Source: an uncultured Alphaproteobacteria bacterium (GTDB lineage: Bacteria > Pseudomonadota > Alphaproteobacteria > Rs-D84). From it: a DNA stretch of 64,000 nucleotides. Below are positions 56,319 through 64,000 of this stretch, piece after piece (position 1 is the first letter of the stretch; each line of letters starts with the position of its first letter). The position numbers were made by a program, and so were the translations under genes. Location: NCBI GenBank assembly GCA_946623825.1, contig CAMORN010000001.1, positions 258,246 through 322,245 of the forward strand. The letters are read 5' to 3'. Under the pieces are notes generated by a model that was given only the letters and a program-made list of their open reading frames with translations, searched no databases and had not been told where the DNA came from.

Positions 56319-58937
56319 TTATTGGTCATATTGAAACATCCAGCCTATGAAATTTTTACCTTTTTGGTGCAGGGCTTTGAATGGGGTATTAATATCACTG
56401 CCATATGTTATGGTATTTTCGTTGTTTTGTCCGGCATATTCAGGGTCAATATTGTCCCAAATAACAGAAATAACATTCGGTGTACATGCAAAATCTTCTA
56501 TGTGGTATCCGGTTTCACAAGCTTCACATTGTTCATATGTCGTTGCCCCCGCAATTGACACAGTGTCTTGTGGACATTGTTCGATTCCCTGTGTGCCGGA
56601 AACTATGTCATAATCTTGTCCGTACGGACAATAATAACCTTTTTCACATATTTTGCATTCTGCTATTTCGTTTTCTGCATCAACATATAAATACTGACCC
56701 ACAGAACACGATTGGTAATCATGCATTGCACAATCACCAGGAAAATCGTCGTGACTGCCGAAAGGACACGCAGGGCATATGTTTAAATATGAAATTGCTG
56801 CTGCTGAATCTGTAAATATATTTGAATACATAGATTTTGGTATGGTGTTGCCCGTATAATTTTCAGCCATTGACAGCATATATGGGAAAGTGGTTCTTGT
56901 TTGAAAATTTGTTCCATTTAATCCGTAAATATCGTCCATGCTGCAAAACGCTGAAATCGCAGGGGTGCAATTACCATCGTAATTACCAGTTGTTGTATCA
57001 TATTTACAGAAAGCAATACTCAGAGCAGTTTCTTGATTAAGTGTATTTTCCCCATCAAATGTGTTTTGTGCAGTTGCAAGGTTATACAATGTTTCAAAAT
57101 TTGAAAACTGCAATTGTTCGACAATAATAGGCAGAGAATCAACCCCAATTGAACCGTACACACGACCCGCAATACATTCGTCTAATGTAATTTCACCGTT
57201 ATCATTAAAATCGACACCATACCCAGCCATTTCAGCAATAGGTCCGTTTTCAAAACTTGCAGAATGTACCGGACAAACCGCATCTGGTCGTGAACATCTG
57301 TCTAATAATGTAATTGAATTGGCGCTTAAATTAAACATACTGGCGTAATAAGATTGTGGAATTGTTTGTTGATAGTAATCTTCCACTAAATCTATAAAAT
57401 AATTCAGTGTATTAATAGTGGACGGTTGTAAAGATTCCAAATATATTAATTCATTTACATCGCACAAATTCACAGCCTGAGTGCAAGATAAATCATAATT
57501 TCCGGTTTGTGTGTTATATCTACAAAAAGCACTCGCACCGATTGCGTTTTTGTTCAAAGGTTCGTCTTTATTATCGCCAAGATATTTATAAATATGTACC
57601 CAATTTTCATAATTTTCGTGTTCTGTGACGCTGTCTGTCCATGCGCGCCAATTGGAATATCCCATGCTTGCCACGCATTCATCAAGTGTTTGTTCGCCGT
57701 CGCCATTAAAATCAAACCATTGACCATAAGATTCCCCAACCGGTCCAATCGGGTCTGTCGTAGAATGGGCAGGACACGCAAACGATAAACCTGTTCCGTG
57801 GCATCTGTCGTATGTTGCGTTATCATACGGTCTGTAAATAAACATAGAATCAAAATGGGCCAAATCAGATTGTGTAAAATCTAGCCACCCACCAACGGTT
57901 TGCAGCAAGCTGTTTGATGAACTAAACAAATTATTACGTGTTTCATCAATGGTGCATACGGAAACTTTATATGTACATGATAAATCATAATTACCAGTAT
58001 TTGGATTATATTTACAGAATGATACACTTATGCCCGCATTTTGAACAACTTCGTCTGATGAAAGGGAATGTTCTTGAAGATACGTCCCATCTTGTATATT
58101 TATTCGTGCAACATAACATTCGTTTGAGTCTATCGTTCCATTATTGTTAAAATCAAATCTTGTCGATGGCATTTCAATATAATCTAATAAGCCATCGCTT
58201 GTGTTATGATATGCACCATCAATATCAAACGAAAGGTCTGATGAATATTGTGGACAACCCGTGATATTATCAACACAGCGGGATCCGTCATAATAATAAT
58301 TTTCTGAACATTGTGGAATACATTCGCCGTATGCGCTGTCATATTCATATCCATAATCACAAGAATGTTCCACACAATTGGCGCCATCCCAATAGTAATT
58401 GGAACCATATTCGGTTTCGCACCAGAAACTTTTATCTTTACATTCTGTACCGTCCCAATAACCATCTTGATCATTGCATTCTTGTTCGTAATCGTATTCA
58501 CAGGTTGTGCCATTCCAATAAGAATAAGGACCTTGAGCATTGCATTCTTGTTCATAATCATATTCGCAGGTTTGGTTCTCTGTGTCCCAATAATAATAAG
58601 AGCCTTGGTCATTGCATTCTTGTTCAGAATCATATTCACAGGTTTGATTTTCTGCGTCCCAATAATTGTATCCACCCAAATCATTGCATTCTTGTTCTTC
58701 GTTGTTATCTGGTTGACATGTTTCGCCGTCATAGTAATAATTTTCACCATAATTATCTATACATTCTTGGTTGTTATCATATTCACAGGTTTGACTATCA
58801 TCGTCCCAATAATAATAAGAACCTTGGGCGGTACAATCGTCTGCGTCATCAGCCATTGTATTAAATGAAAGCAGGGCGGCAATTGATATAAAAGCAAGCC
58901 ACCTGAATAATTTGCCAAATATATAATAAAATGGCAT
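56319..58937 (-). CDS. secreted acidic cysteine-rich repeat protein (872 aa)
   Basis: Signal peptide, then about 8 tandem 20-aa units of the form QECN-x-QG-x-YYYWD-x-ENQTCEYD. There are three modules of about 150 aa, each with a DFN-x-(N/D)G-x-(I/T)-(D/L)-x-x-EC calcium-loop-like motif and (S/A)FC(K/R)Y(N/D)-x-x-TGNYD-x-x-CT. The C-terminus ends in a partial Flg_new-type repeat. Confidence 0.75.
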   Translation of the reverse strand: MPFYYIFGKLFRWLAFISIAALLSFNTMADDADDCTAQGSYYYWDDDSQTCEYDNNQECIDNYGENYYYDGETCQPDNNEEQECNDLGGYNYWDAENQTCEYDSEQECNDQGSYYYWDTENQTCEYDYEQECNAQGPYSYWNGTTCEYDYEQECNDQDGYWDGTECKDKSFWCETEYGSNYYWDGANCVEHSCDYGYEYDSAYGECIPQCSENYYYDGSRCVDNITGCPQYSSDLSFDIDGAYHNTSDGLLDYIEMPSTRFDFNNNGTIDSNECYVARINIQDGTYLQEHSLSSDEVVQNAGISVSFCKYNPNTGNYDLSCTYKVSVCTIDETRNNLFSSSNSLLQTVGGWLDFTQSDLAHFDSMFIYRPYDNATYDRCHGTGLSFACPAHSTTDPIGPVGESYGQWFDFNGDGEQTLDECVASMGYSNWRAWTDSVTEHENYENWVHIYKYLGDNKDEPLNKNAIGASAFCRYNTQTGNYDLSCTQAVNLCDVNELIYLESLQPSTINTLNYFIDLVEDYYQQTIPQSYYASMFNLSANSITLLDRCSRPDAVCPVHSASFENGPIAEMAGYGVDFNDNGEITLDECIAGRVYGSIGVDSLPIIVEQLQFSNFETLYNLATAQNTFDGENTLNQETALSIAFCKYDTTTGNYDGNCTPAISAFCSMDDIYGLNGTNFQTRTTFPYMLSMAENYTGNTIPKSMYSNIFTDSAAAISYLNICPACPFGSHDDFPGDCAMHDYQSCSVGQYLYVDAENEIAECKICEKGYYCPYGQDYDIVSGTQGIEQCPQDTVSIAGATTYEQCEACETGYHIEDFACTPNVISVIWDNIDPEYAGQNNENTITYGSDINTPFKALHQKGKNFIGWMFQYDQ

Positions 58938-59098
58938 TTATTCCTTCCCTTTCAATATTCTCTCTCGATTACTATGGTTTTGTTCCCATAGCAATAACAA
59001 AAACCGCACTTATAATAAAAGGGCGGTTGGAGGTTAGTTACAATTTAAAGCGAAATTGTGTGCTTATTTTATTAGCTGGGCTAATATTATTCACAACC

Positions 59099-59127
59099 CT
59101 CCAACCATCAGTGGTTGGAGATTTTTT
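59099..59127 (+). terminator. strong hairpin plus T-run, reading as a terminator only on the + strand (antisense to the 872-aa gene leader)
   Basis: CTCCAACC-ATCAGT-GGTTGGAG-ATTTTTT. An upstream GGTTGGAGG (59025-59033) could pair alternatively with the 5' arm. Confidence 0.5.
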
Positions 59128-59199
59128 ACGTCTTTCTCTCTTTGACGCGCTTTAAACGGGTAACTACACCCCATCAGCAAAACTCTTGCTGACATTTTT

Positions 59200-59229
59200 A
59201 TGTTAGTAAAAATTTGATATTTCTTGCAA
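59200..59229 (-). promoter_or_regulatory. promoter of the 872-aa gene, homologous to the giant-gene promoter
   Basis: On the reverse strand: TTGCAA (59229-59224), an 18-nt spacer, then TAACAT (59205-59200). The near-palindrome CTGACATTTTTATGTTAG is present. The resulting leader is about 260 nt. Confidence 0.5.
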
Positions 59230-59245
59230 GTAAAAAAACATAATA

Positions 59246-59287
59246 AAAGTCCCTGTTCAAACAGGGGCTTTTTTTGTTTTTTTCATA
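59246..59287. terminator. intrinsic terminator after rnj
   Basis: AAAAGTCCCTGTTCAAACAGGGGCTTTTTTTGTTTTTTT, with A/T runs on both sides. Confidence 0.75.
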
Positions 59288-59291
59288 GTGA

Positions 59292-61076
59292 TTATTTTAA
59301 TACAAAATGAACGCTGTATTGTGGTTTTTTATCTGCGCCCAATGATGCGCGGATTACACGGTTAGATGCAATCTGGACAGCTTTGTGCAAATTATCACGA
59401 TTTTTGCGTTCTGTTTTTGTTAATTTATCAATCGCCTGTGTTATTTCTATCTGAATTTGGCGTTTCATAAATCCTGTTTCATCTGTTTCAAAGATACCTG
59501 CGCTGGATACTTCTGGAACACCTTTCAAGAAACCACGTTTATCGATTGGCAATGTGACAAATATAGCACCATTTGTGGCAATCTTTCTGCGGTTTTTATA
59601 AACCTGATCGTCGGCGCTGCGTTCTGTTTCACCTTCCATAACAACAAAACCTGTTTGGACAGATTCACATACATATGGTTCTTCGCCGTCTTTCAATGCG
59701 ATAATATCGCCGTTGTGGACAATCATCATATGTTTTGCGCCACCGCGTTCCATTGCCATTTTACCATTTAACATTTCAGATATAAATTCACCGTGCATTG
59801 GGATAGAAACCTGAGGATGAACCATATCATAAAATCTTTCAAATTCAGGACGTCCCGCATGACCAGATGCGTGTAAATGGTCTGTATCAAATATAGTATA
59901 TGTTTTGATTCCCATACGTGCCAATTTGTTATACAAGAAAGAAACATCTTGTTCGCGTCCTGGAATAATAATTGCACTGAAAATAACCGTATCTGTTGGC
60001 AACAATTTCAATTCTTTTACATGACCGTTGCATAAACGGGTCAACATAGCGTATTTTTCCCCCTGAGAACCAGTCAAAAATATAGCTTGTTTTTCAGCAG
60101 GTAAATCTTTTATTTCTTCGTGCAAATATACATCATCTTTGTTGATATATCCGTATTCAATACCGATTTCACGGAATTCTGGTAATCCAACATAAGGAAC
60201 AGGATTTGGATTGCTGCGTTCTTTTATGCAAGCAATTCTGCCGGCGTTATGTGCGGCTTCTGCGAACATTTTCATACGTGCCAGACTGCGTGAATAACCC
60301 GTGACAAATACGCGTCCAGGGGCTTTTTTCATAATTTCAGTTAATGTATCACGAACCTGAATTTCTGTTGTTTGTGGTGTTTGTCTTTCCGCAGATGTAG
60401 AATCACAAACGCATGCTAATAATTTAGGGTCAGAACCAATTTCAGCCAATCTTTTATAATCTGTTGTTGGTTCAATAGGGTTGTCATCATTAAATGTCCA
60501 ATCCCCAGTATGCAATATTTTTCCCGCAGGTGTTTTGATTATCAACATTTGTGCTTCTGGGATAGAATGTGAAACATGGAAAGTTTCAACTGTAAACGGT
60601 GATAAATCAAGTTCTGCACCATTTGCATCAAATTCAATAATGTCTTTTTCAGGGTTGTAATCCATTTCAACACCATCAAATGTTCTGCGTAAAATTTCAG
60701 CAGGGAAACGGGTGCAATAGATAGGTTTTCTGAACTTTGGCCATATGAATTTTAATGCGCCAATGTGGTCTTCGTGTCCGTGTGTTATAACGAAAGCAAC
60801 AACATCTTTTTTATGTTTTTCAAGCCATGTTGTGTCGCAATATTGAACATCGCCAGCACCAATTTCTTCTTCCAAAAAACCCATACCGCAATCAACGATT
60901 AAATATTTGCCTTTGTATTTATAGACATACATATTTTGACCAACATGTTCCAAACCACCCAATGCCATAAAATACATTTTATTGTCGTTTTTATCACTTT
61001 CATGTGCAGGTTTATCTGCAATTTTAGAAACTTTTTTTACATTTTCTAAAGCTTCTTCTTTTTTCTTTTTTACCAT
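59292..61076 (-). CDS. rnj: ribonuclease J
   Basis: Metallo-beta-lactamase motif ITHGHEDHIG, a beta-CASP region, and a C-terminal domain. The start was set at ATG 61076 (AAGAAAGGA RBS). Confidence 0.88.
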   Translation of the reverse strand: MVKKKKEEALENVKKVSKIADKPAHESDKNDNKMYFMALGGLEHVGQNMYVYKYKGKYLIVDCGMGFLEEEIGAGDVQYCDTTWLEKHKKDVVAFVITHGHEDHIGALKFIWPKFRKPIYCTRFPAEILRRTFDGVEMDYNPEKDIIEFDANGAELDLSPFTVETFHVSHSIPEAQMLIIKTPAGKILHTGDWTFNDDNPIEPTTDYKRLAEIGSDPKLLACVCDSTSAERQTPQTTEIQVRDTLTEIMKKAPGRVFVTGYSRSLARMKMFAEAAHNAGRIACIKERSNPNPVPYVGLPEFREIGIEYGYINKDDVYLHEEIKDLPAEKQAIFLTGSQGEKYAMLTRLCNGHVKELKLLPTDTVIFSAIIIPGREQDVSFLYNKLARMGIKTYTIFDTDHLHASGHAGRPEFERFYDMVHPQVSIPMHGEFISEMLNGKMAMERGGAKHMMIVHNGDIIALKDGEEPYVCESVQTGFVVMEGETERSADDQVYKNRRKIATNGAIFVTLPIDKRGFLKGVPEVSSAGIFETDETGFMKRQIQIEITQAIDKLTKTERKNRDNLHKAVQIASNRVIRASLGADKKPQYSVHFVLK

Positions 61077-61370
61077 ATAAAATCCTTTCTTAAGGTTAAT
61101 GTTTTCACACCCCGTCAATTCATTGCGAATAAAGTAAAGACTTTATTTGTAGTGAATCTGTTGGGTGTGGGCTTGTTTTGTCCCGATTTATCAAATTTAA
61201 CATATTGGGACAGAATAAAGACACAAGAAAAATGTCTTAAATTATCTTTCACACAATTATAGTAGTATTTTTTAAGGACAAAATCAAGAAAAAACCACAG
61301 ATTAACAATGTCTTGACAAGTGGTTCTGGTGTGCTACATTTATTCCTATACAAAAAACAAGGAATGTCAA

Positions 61371-62183
61371 ATGTACACAACAAAAGAAAAAAGATTAATA
61401 GATAAATTCAGCAAAGAAAATGATTTGATTTATCCTTTGCATTCATCTGATTATGATAATCCTGTGCGTAAAGAATTTATCACAAATTTATTGCATAATG
61501 AAACATTTGTGCCAACAAAAAACAAAACAGAAGAAAAATATAAAGAACCTTTGTTTAAAATTATAAAAAATTTTAAGAAAAGAGATTATGTTTTTGTCGG
61601 TTTGTTAACATTGTTATGCAGTGGTGTTTATTATGGTGTTTTTTCTGATTATTTGTTTAATCACAAAAATATAGCAGAAAAAAAGCAAAGAGTTGCTATG
61701 AACCTTGTTGATTTAGCGTCTATTGTTGCGGTGGTTTTATCCAGTATGGGTTTGGGTGCTTTATCTGTTGGTGCAATAAAACAAACAAATCAAGAAGTTG
61801 CGGTAGATAAATTTTATAGCCGTTTATCTGTTCGTTTGTTTTCAGAAATGAAAAAAATGCACCCTGAATTAAGCGAAGAAACTTTGAAACAATGCAACCC
61901 AGAATTGGCACGTGTAATATATACTTTGTTGATTGCAAATATGTCTGAAAAAGATACACAAAAATTATGGAATATAGCTAATGCTGTTTCGGAATATAAA
62001 TATGATAAAATTTACAAAGGCGAAATAGGGGATTTAAAAAATCGTGATAAGGCCTTGCAACAGGCAATGGTGATTATTGAATCTCATTTGATAAATAACC
62101 CTGAATTGTCCCGTGTTATATTAGATGTTTATCATGGTGCTGTTCCTGTATCATTTATTGTAAAAGAACAAAACACAAAATAA
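61371..62183 (+). CDS. hypothetical membrane protein
   Basis: AAGGAA RBS with ATG at 61371, and two central TM segments. No motif recognised. Confidence 0.5.
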   Translation: MYTTKEKRLIDKFSKENDLIYPLHSSDYDNPVRKEFITNLLHNETFVPTKNKTEEKYKEPLFKIIKNFKKRDYVFVGLLTLLCSGVYYGVFSDYLFNHKNIAEKKQRVAMNLVDLASIVAVVLSSMGLGALSVGAIKQTNQEVAVDKFYSRLSVRLFSEMKKMHPELSEETLKQCNPELARVIYTLLIANMSEKDTQKLWNIANAVSEYKYDKIYKGEIGDLKNRDKALQQAMVIIESHLINNPELSRVILDVYHGAVPVSFIVKEQNTK

Positions 62184-62215
62184 TAAAATAACCGCCAAAT
62201 TGGCGGTTTTATTTT

Positions 62216-62292
62216 TGGTGCACCCAGTGCGAGTCGAACGCACAATCTTTGCCTTCGGAGGGCAATGCATTATCCAGTTATGCTATGGGTGC
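62216..62292 (-). tRNA. tRNA-Arg (anticodon CCG)
   Basis: GCACCCA-TA-GCAT-AACTGGATA-ATGC-A-TTGCC-CTCCGAA-GGCAA-AGATT-GTGCG-TTCGACT-CGCAC-TGGGTGC-A-CCA. Confidence 0.9.
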
Positions 62293-62310
62293 ATATGTGA
62301 ATATTTTAAA

Positions 62311-63090
62311 CTATTTATCCCGTTTTTTCAACATTTGTGAAAAATTGCCATGAAAAATATTACGCAAAGTTTCGTATATTTTTACTTGCTTTTTTATGTT
62401 TGGTAATTTGCCATTGTGATATAATTCTGGCGCCAGTTCTTTAATTGAATCTATATCAAAACCATATTTTTTCCATTCATCAGCCATTCTCATCAAAAAT
62501 ATAACAAGTGGTTTTAATCTTATGGCGTCTAAATCAAGTATTGCGCAGATATTATCGTTTTCATCTAACAATATATTTTTGTCGTGTAAATCATCATGTC
62601 CAACGACCAATGGCGCCATATTCATAGCGCTGAAAAACAAATCCTTTTTCTTGATTTGAAAATCAAATTCGGCATTGTTATAATCATAGCGAATTTCTTT
62701 GACAGGTATTTTGGCCATTTTAAGACAAATTTCATATAATTGTTTATAAATATCTTTAATTTTTTCTTTGGAAATACCGTTCAAATTTCTTTCATATAAT
62801 GTTTTGCCTTCTAGAAAAGAATATACTTCGACATAAGAATTTTTTTTGTCAGCAATTCTGTATGCGGCCACTTCTGGAACAGGAATTCCATATTTACGCA
62901 AAATGCGACTGGTATGAGCATTTTTTAACGCGTTTTTTTGGTCTGAAAATCTGAAAACAATTTTATTAGATTCTGTTGTTACAATATAAATATCATGAAC
63001 CTCGCCAGGAAATTCAGGCAATTCAATCTTGATATTTCCTCGAAATAATTCTTTTATATTTTCAATATCTTTCAGTTGTTTTTCATTCAT
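62311..63090 (-). CDS. aminoglycoside/choline-kinase-like phosphotransferase (APH fold)
   Basis: VVGHDDLHDKNILLDENDNICAILDLD matches the HxDxxxxN...D catalytic and Mg-binding motifs. Confidence 0.75.
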   Translation of the reverse strand: MNEKQLKDIENIKELFRGNIKIELPEFPGEVHDIYIVTTESNKIVFRFSDQKNALKNAHTSRILRKYGIPVPEVAAYRIADKKNSYVEVYSFLEGKTLYERNLNGISKEKIKDIYKQLYEICLKMAKIPVKEIRYDYNNAEFDFQIKKKDLFFSAMNMAPLVVGHDDLHDKNILLDENDNICAILDLDAIRLKPLVIFLMRMADEWKKYGFDIDSIKELAPELYHNGKLPNIKKQVKIYETLRNIFHGNFSQMLKKRDK

Positions 63091-63091
63091 G

Positions 63092-64000
63092 TTATATCAC
63101 CAACATTGCAAGCATAAAATCGTCTAAATCGCCGTCCAGAACTGCTGCAGAATCTGTTTTTTCTACATTTGTTCGAACATCTTTTACCAATTGGTAAGGG
63201 TATAGTACATAGTTGCGAATTTGACTGCCCCATTCAATTTTTTTCTGTAAAGCCTTGGCTGCATCTTCTTCTGCTGCGCGTTTTTCCATTTCGAGTTCAT
63301 ATAATTTAGAACGCAGCATTTTCATAGCCATTTCTTTGTTTTGAATCTGACTGCGTTCGTTTTGGCATGTTACAACCGTGTTGGTTGGAATGTGTGTTAT
63401 ACGAACAGCACTGTCGGTTTTATTAACATGTTGCCCACCAGCACCACTGGCACGATATGTATCAATTCTTAAATCTTTTTCGTTTATTTCTATTTCAATA
63501 GAATCATCTATGTCAGGCCATACATCAACCGATGCAAAACTGGTTTGACGTTTGCCATTTGCATTGAAAGGTGATATACGAACCAATCTGTGTACACCAA
63601 TTTCGTTCTTTAACCAACCATATGCGCGTTCGCCAGATATTCTGAAAGTGATGCTTTTGATACCGGCAACATCGCCTTCGTGTTCTTCAACTGTTTCAAT
63701 GTTAAAATTGTGTCTTTCGCACCAACGTGTGTACATACGGGACAACATTTGTGCCCAATCTTGTGCTTCGGTTCCGCCTGCGCCAGATTGAATAAATAAA
63801 AATGCGCCATTATTATCAGCCGGATCGCGAAACAGTGTTATAAATTTAGCCTTGTGTGCAGATTCTGATAATTTTTCAATAGCGGAAATGATATCAGAAT
63901 CTTCCGGCGACATTTCGTATAATTCGACCAGATTTTTATATTCTGATTCAAGAGATTTTAATTCATTTAATTGTTTTTCAAGATTGGATTTTTTTTGCAG
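63092..64000 (-). CDS. prfB: peptide chain release factor 2 (C-terminal about 300 codons; 5' end and frameshift site lie beyond the window)
   Basis: RISPFNANGKRQTSFASV (SPF) and RASGAGGQHVNKTDSAVRITHIPT (GGQ). The frame stays open from 63913 to the window end (LQKKSNLEKQLNELKSLESEYKNLVELYEM...). Confidence 0.9.
   Translation of the reverse strand: MQKKSNLEKQLNELKSLESEYKNLVELYEMSPEDSDIISAIEKLSESAHKAKFITLFRDPADNNGAFLFIQSGAGGTEAQDWAQMLSRMYTRWCERHNFNIETVEEHEGDVAGIKSITFRISGERAYGWLKNEIGVHRLVRISPFNANGKRQTSFASVDVWPDIDDSIEIEINEKDLRIDTYRASGAGGQHVNKTDSAVRITHIPTNTVVTCQNERSQIQNKEMAMKMLRSKLYELEMEKRAAEEDAAKALQKKIEWGSQIRNYVLYPYQLVKDVRTNVEKTDSAAVLDGDLDDFMLAMLVI

Noticed and set aside
58184-58868. Three long overlapping ORFs (58184..58750 -, 58311..58868 +, 58313..58864 +) as evidence of overlapping genes.
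   Set aside because: They lie inside the tandem 20-aa repeat region of the 872-aa gene. The codon-periodic, stop-poor repeat DNA keeps several frames open. Their translations are low-complexity and have no start context.
63914-64000. Looking for the programmed +1 frameshift site (CUU UGA C) of prfB.
   Set aside because: The reading frame is continuously open to the window edge. The frameshift site normally lies near codon 25 and is therefore outside the window, so it can be neither confirmed nor denied.

Overview
This window is 64 kb of a low-GC Gram-negative chromosome using the standard genetic code. It holds about 60 protein genes, 5 tRNAs and a tmRNA.

Most genes are housekeeping: alaS, lysS, trpS, tgt, queA, mtaB, tsaB/rimI, smpB, ssrA, obg, era, rpoZ, rpsD, prfB, rnj, holB, hup and a XerC/D-type recombinase. 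Others are envelope genes: murJ, bamD, rlpA, a PBP5-type carboxypeptidase and an M23 peptidase. A circularly permuted two-piece ssrA suggests Alphaproteobacteria, and rubrerythrin suggests an anaerobic lifestyle. Both taxonomic statements are inference only.

Four things stand out:
1. Three of the five tRNA genes (Arg-ACG, Ser-GGA, Gly-GCC) are followed by short non-coding inserts, each bounded by a perfect direct copy of that tRNA's 3' end. The inserts share hairpin modules with compensatory base changes. Each also carries an inverted, diverged copy of the cognate T-arm/acceptor. At tRNA-Gly they form a 3-unit 110-bp tandem array, with further copies 2 kb and 3.8 kb downstream around a decayed integrase-bearing islet. 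I cannot assign them to any element family I know.
2. An orphan 468-aa protein with a RelA/SpoT-type nucleotidyltransferase core sits directly after lysS.
3. Two very large secreted cysteine-rich repeat proteins (1798 and 872 aa) share a palindrome-containing promoter.
4. Two core proteins lack whole domains: Lon has no protease domain and AlaRS has no C-Ala domain.

All calls come from reading the sequence and the supplied ORF track. No searches were run.
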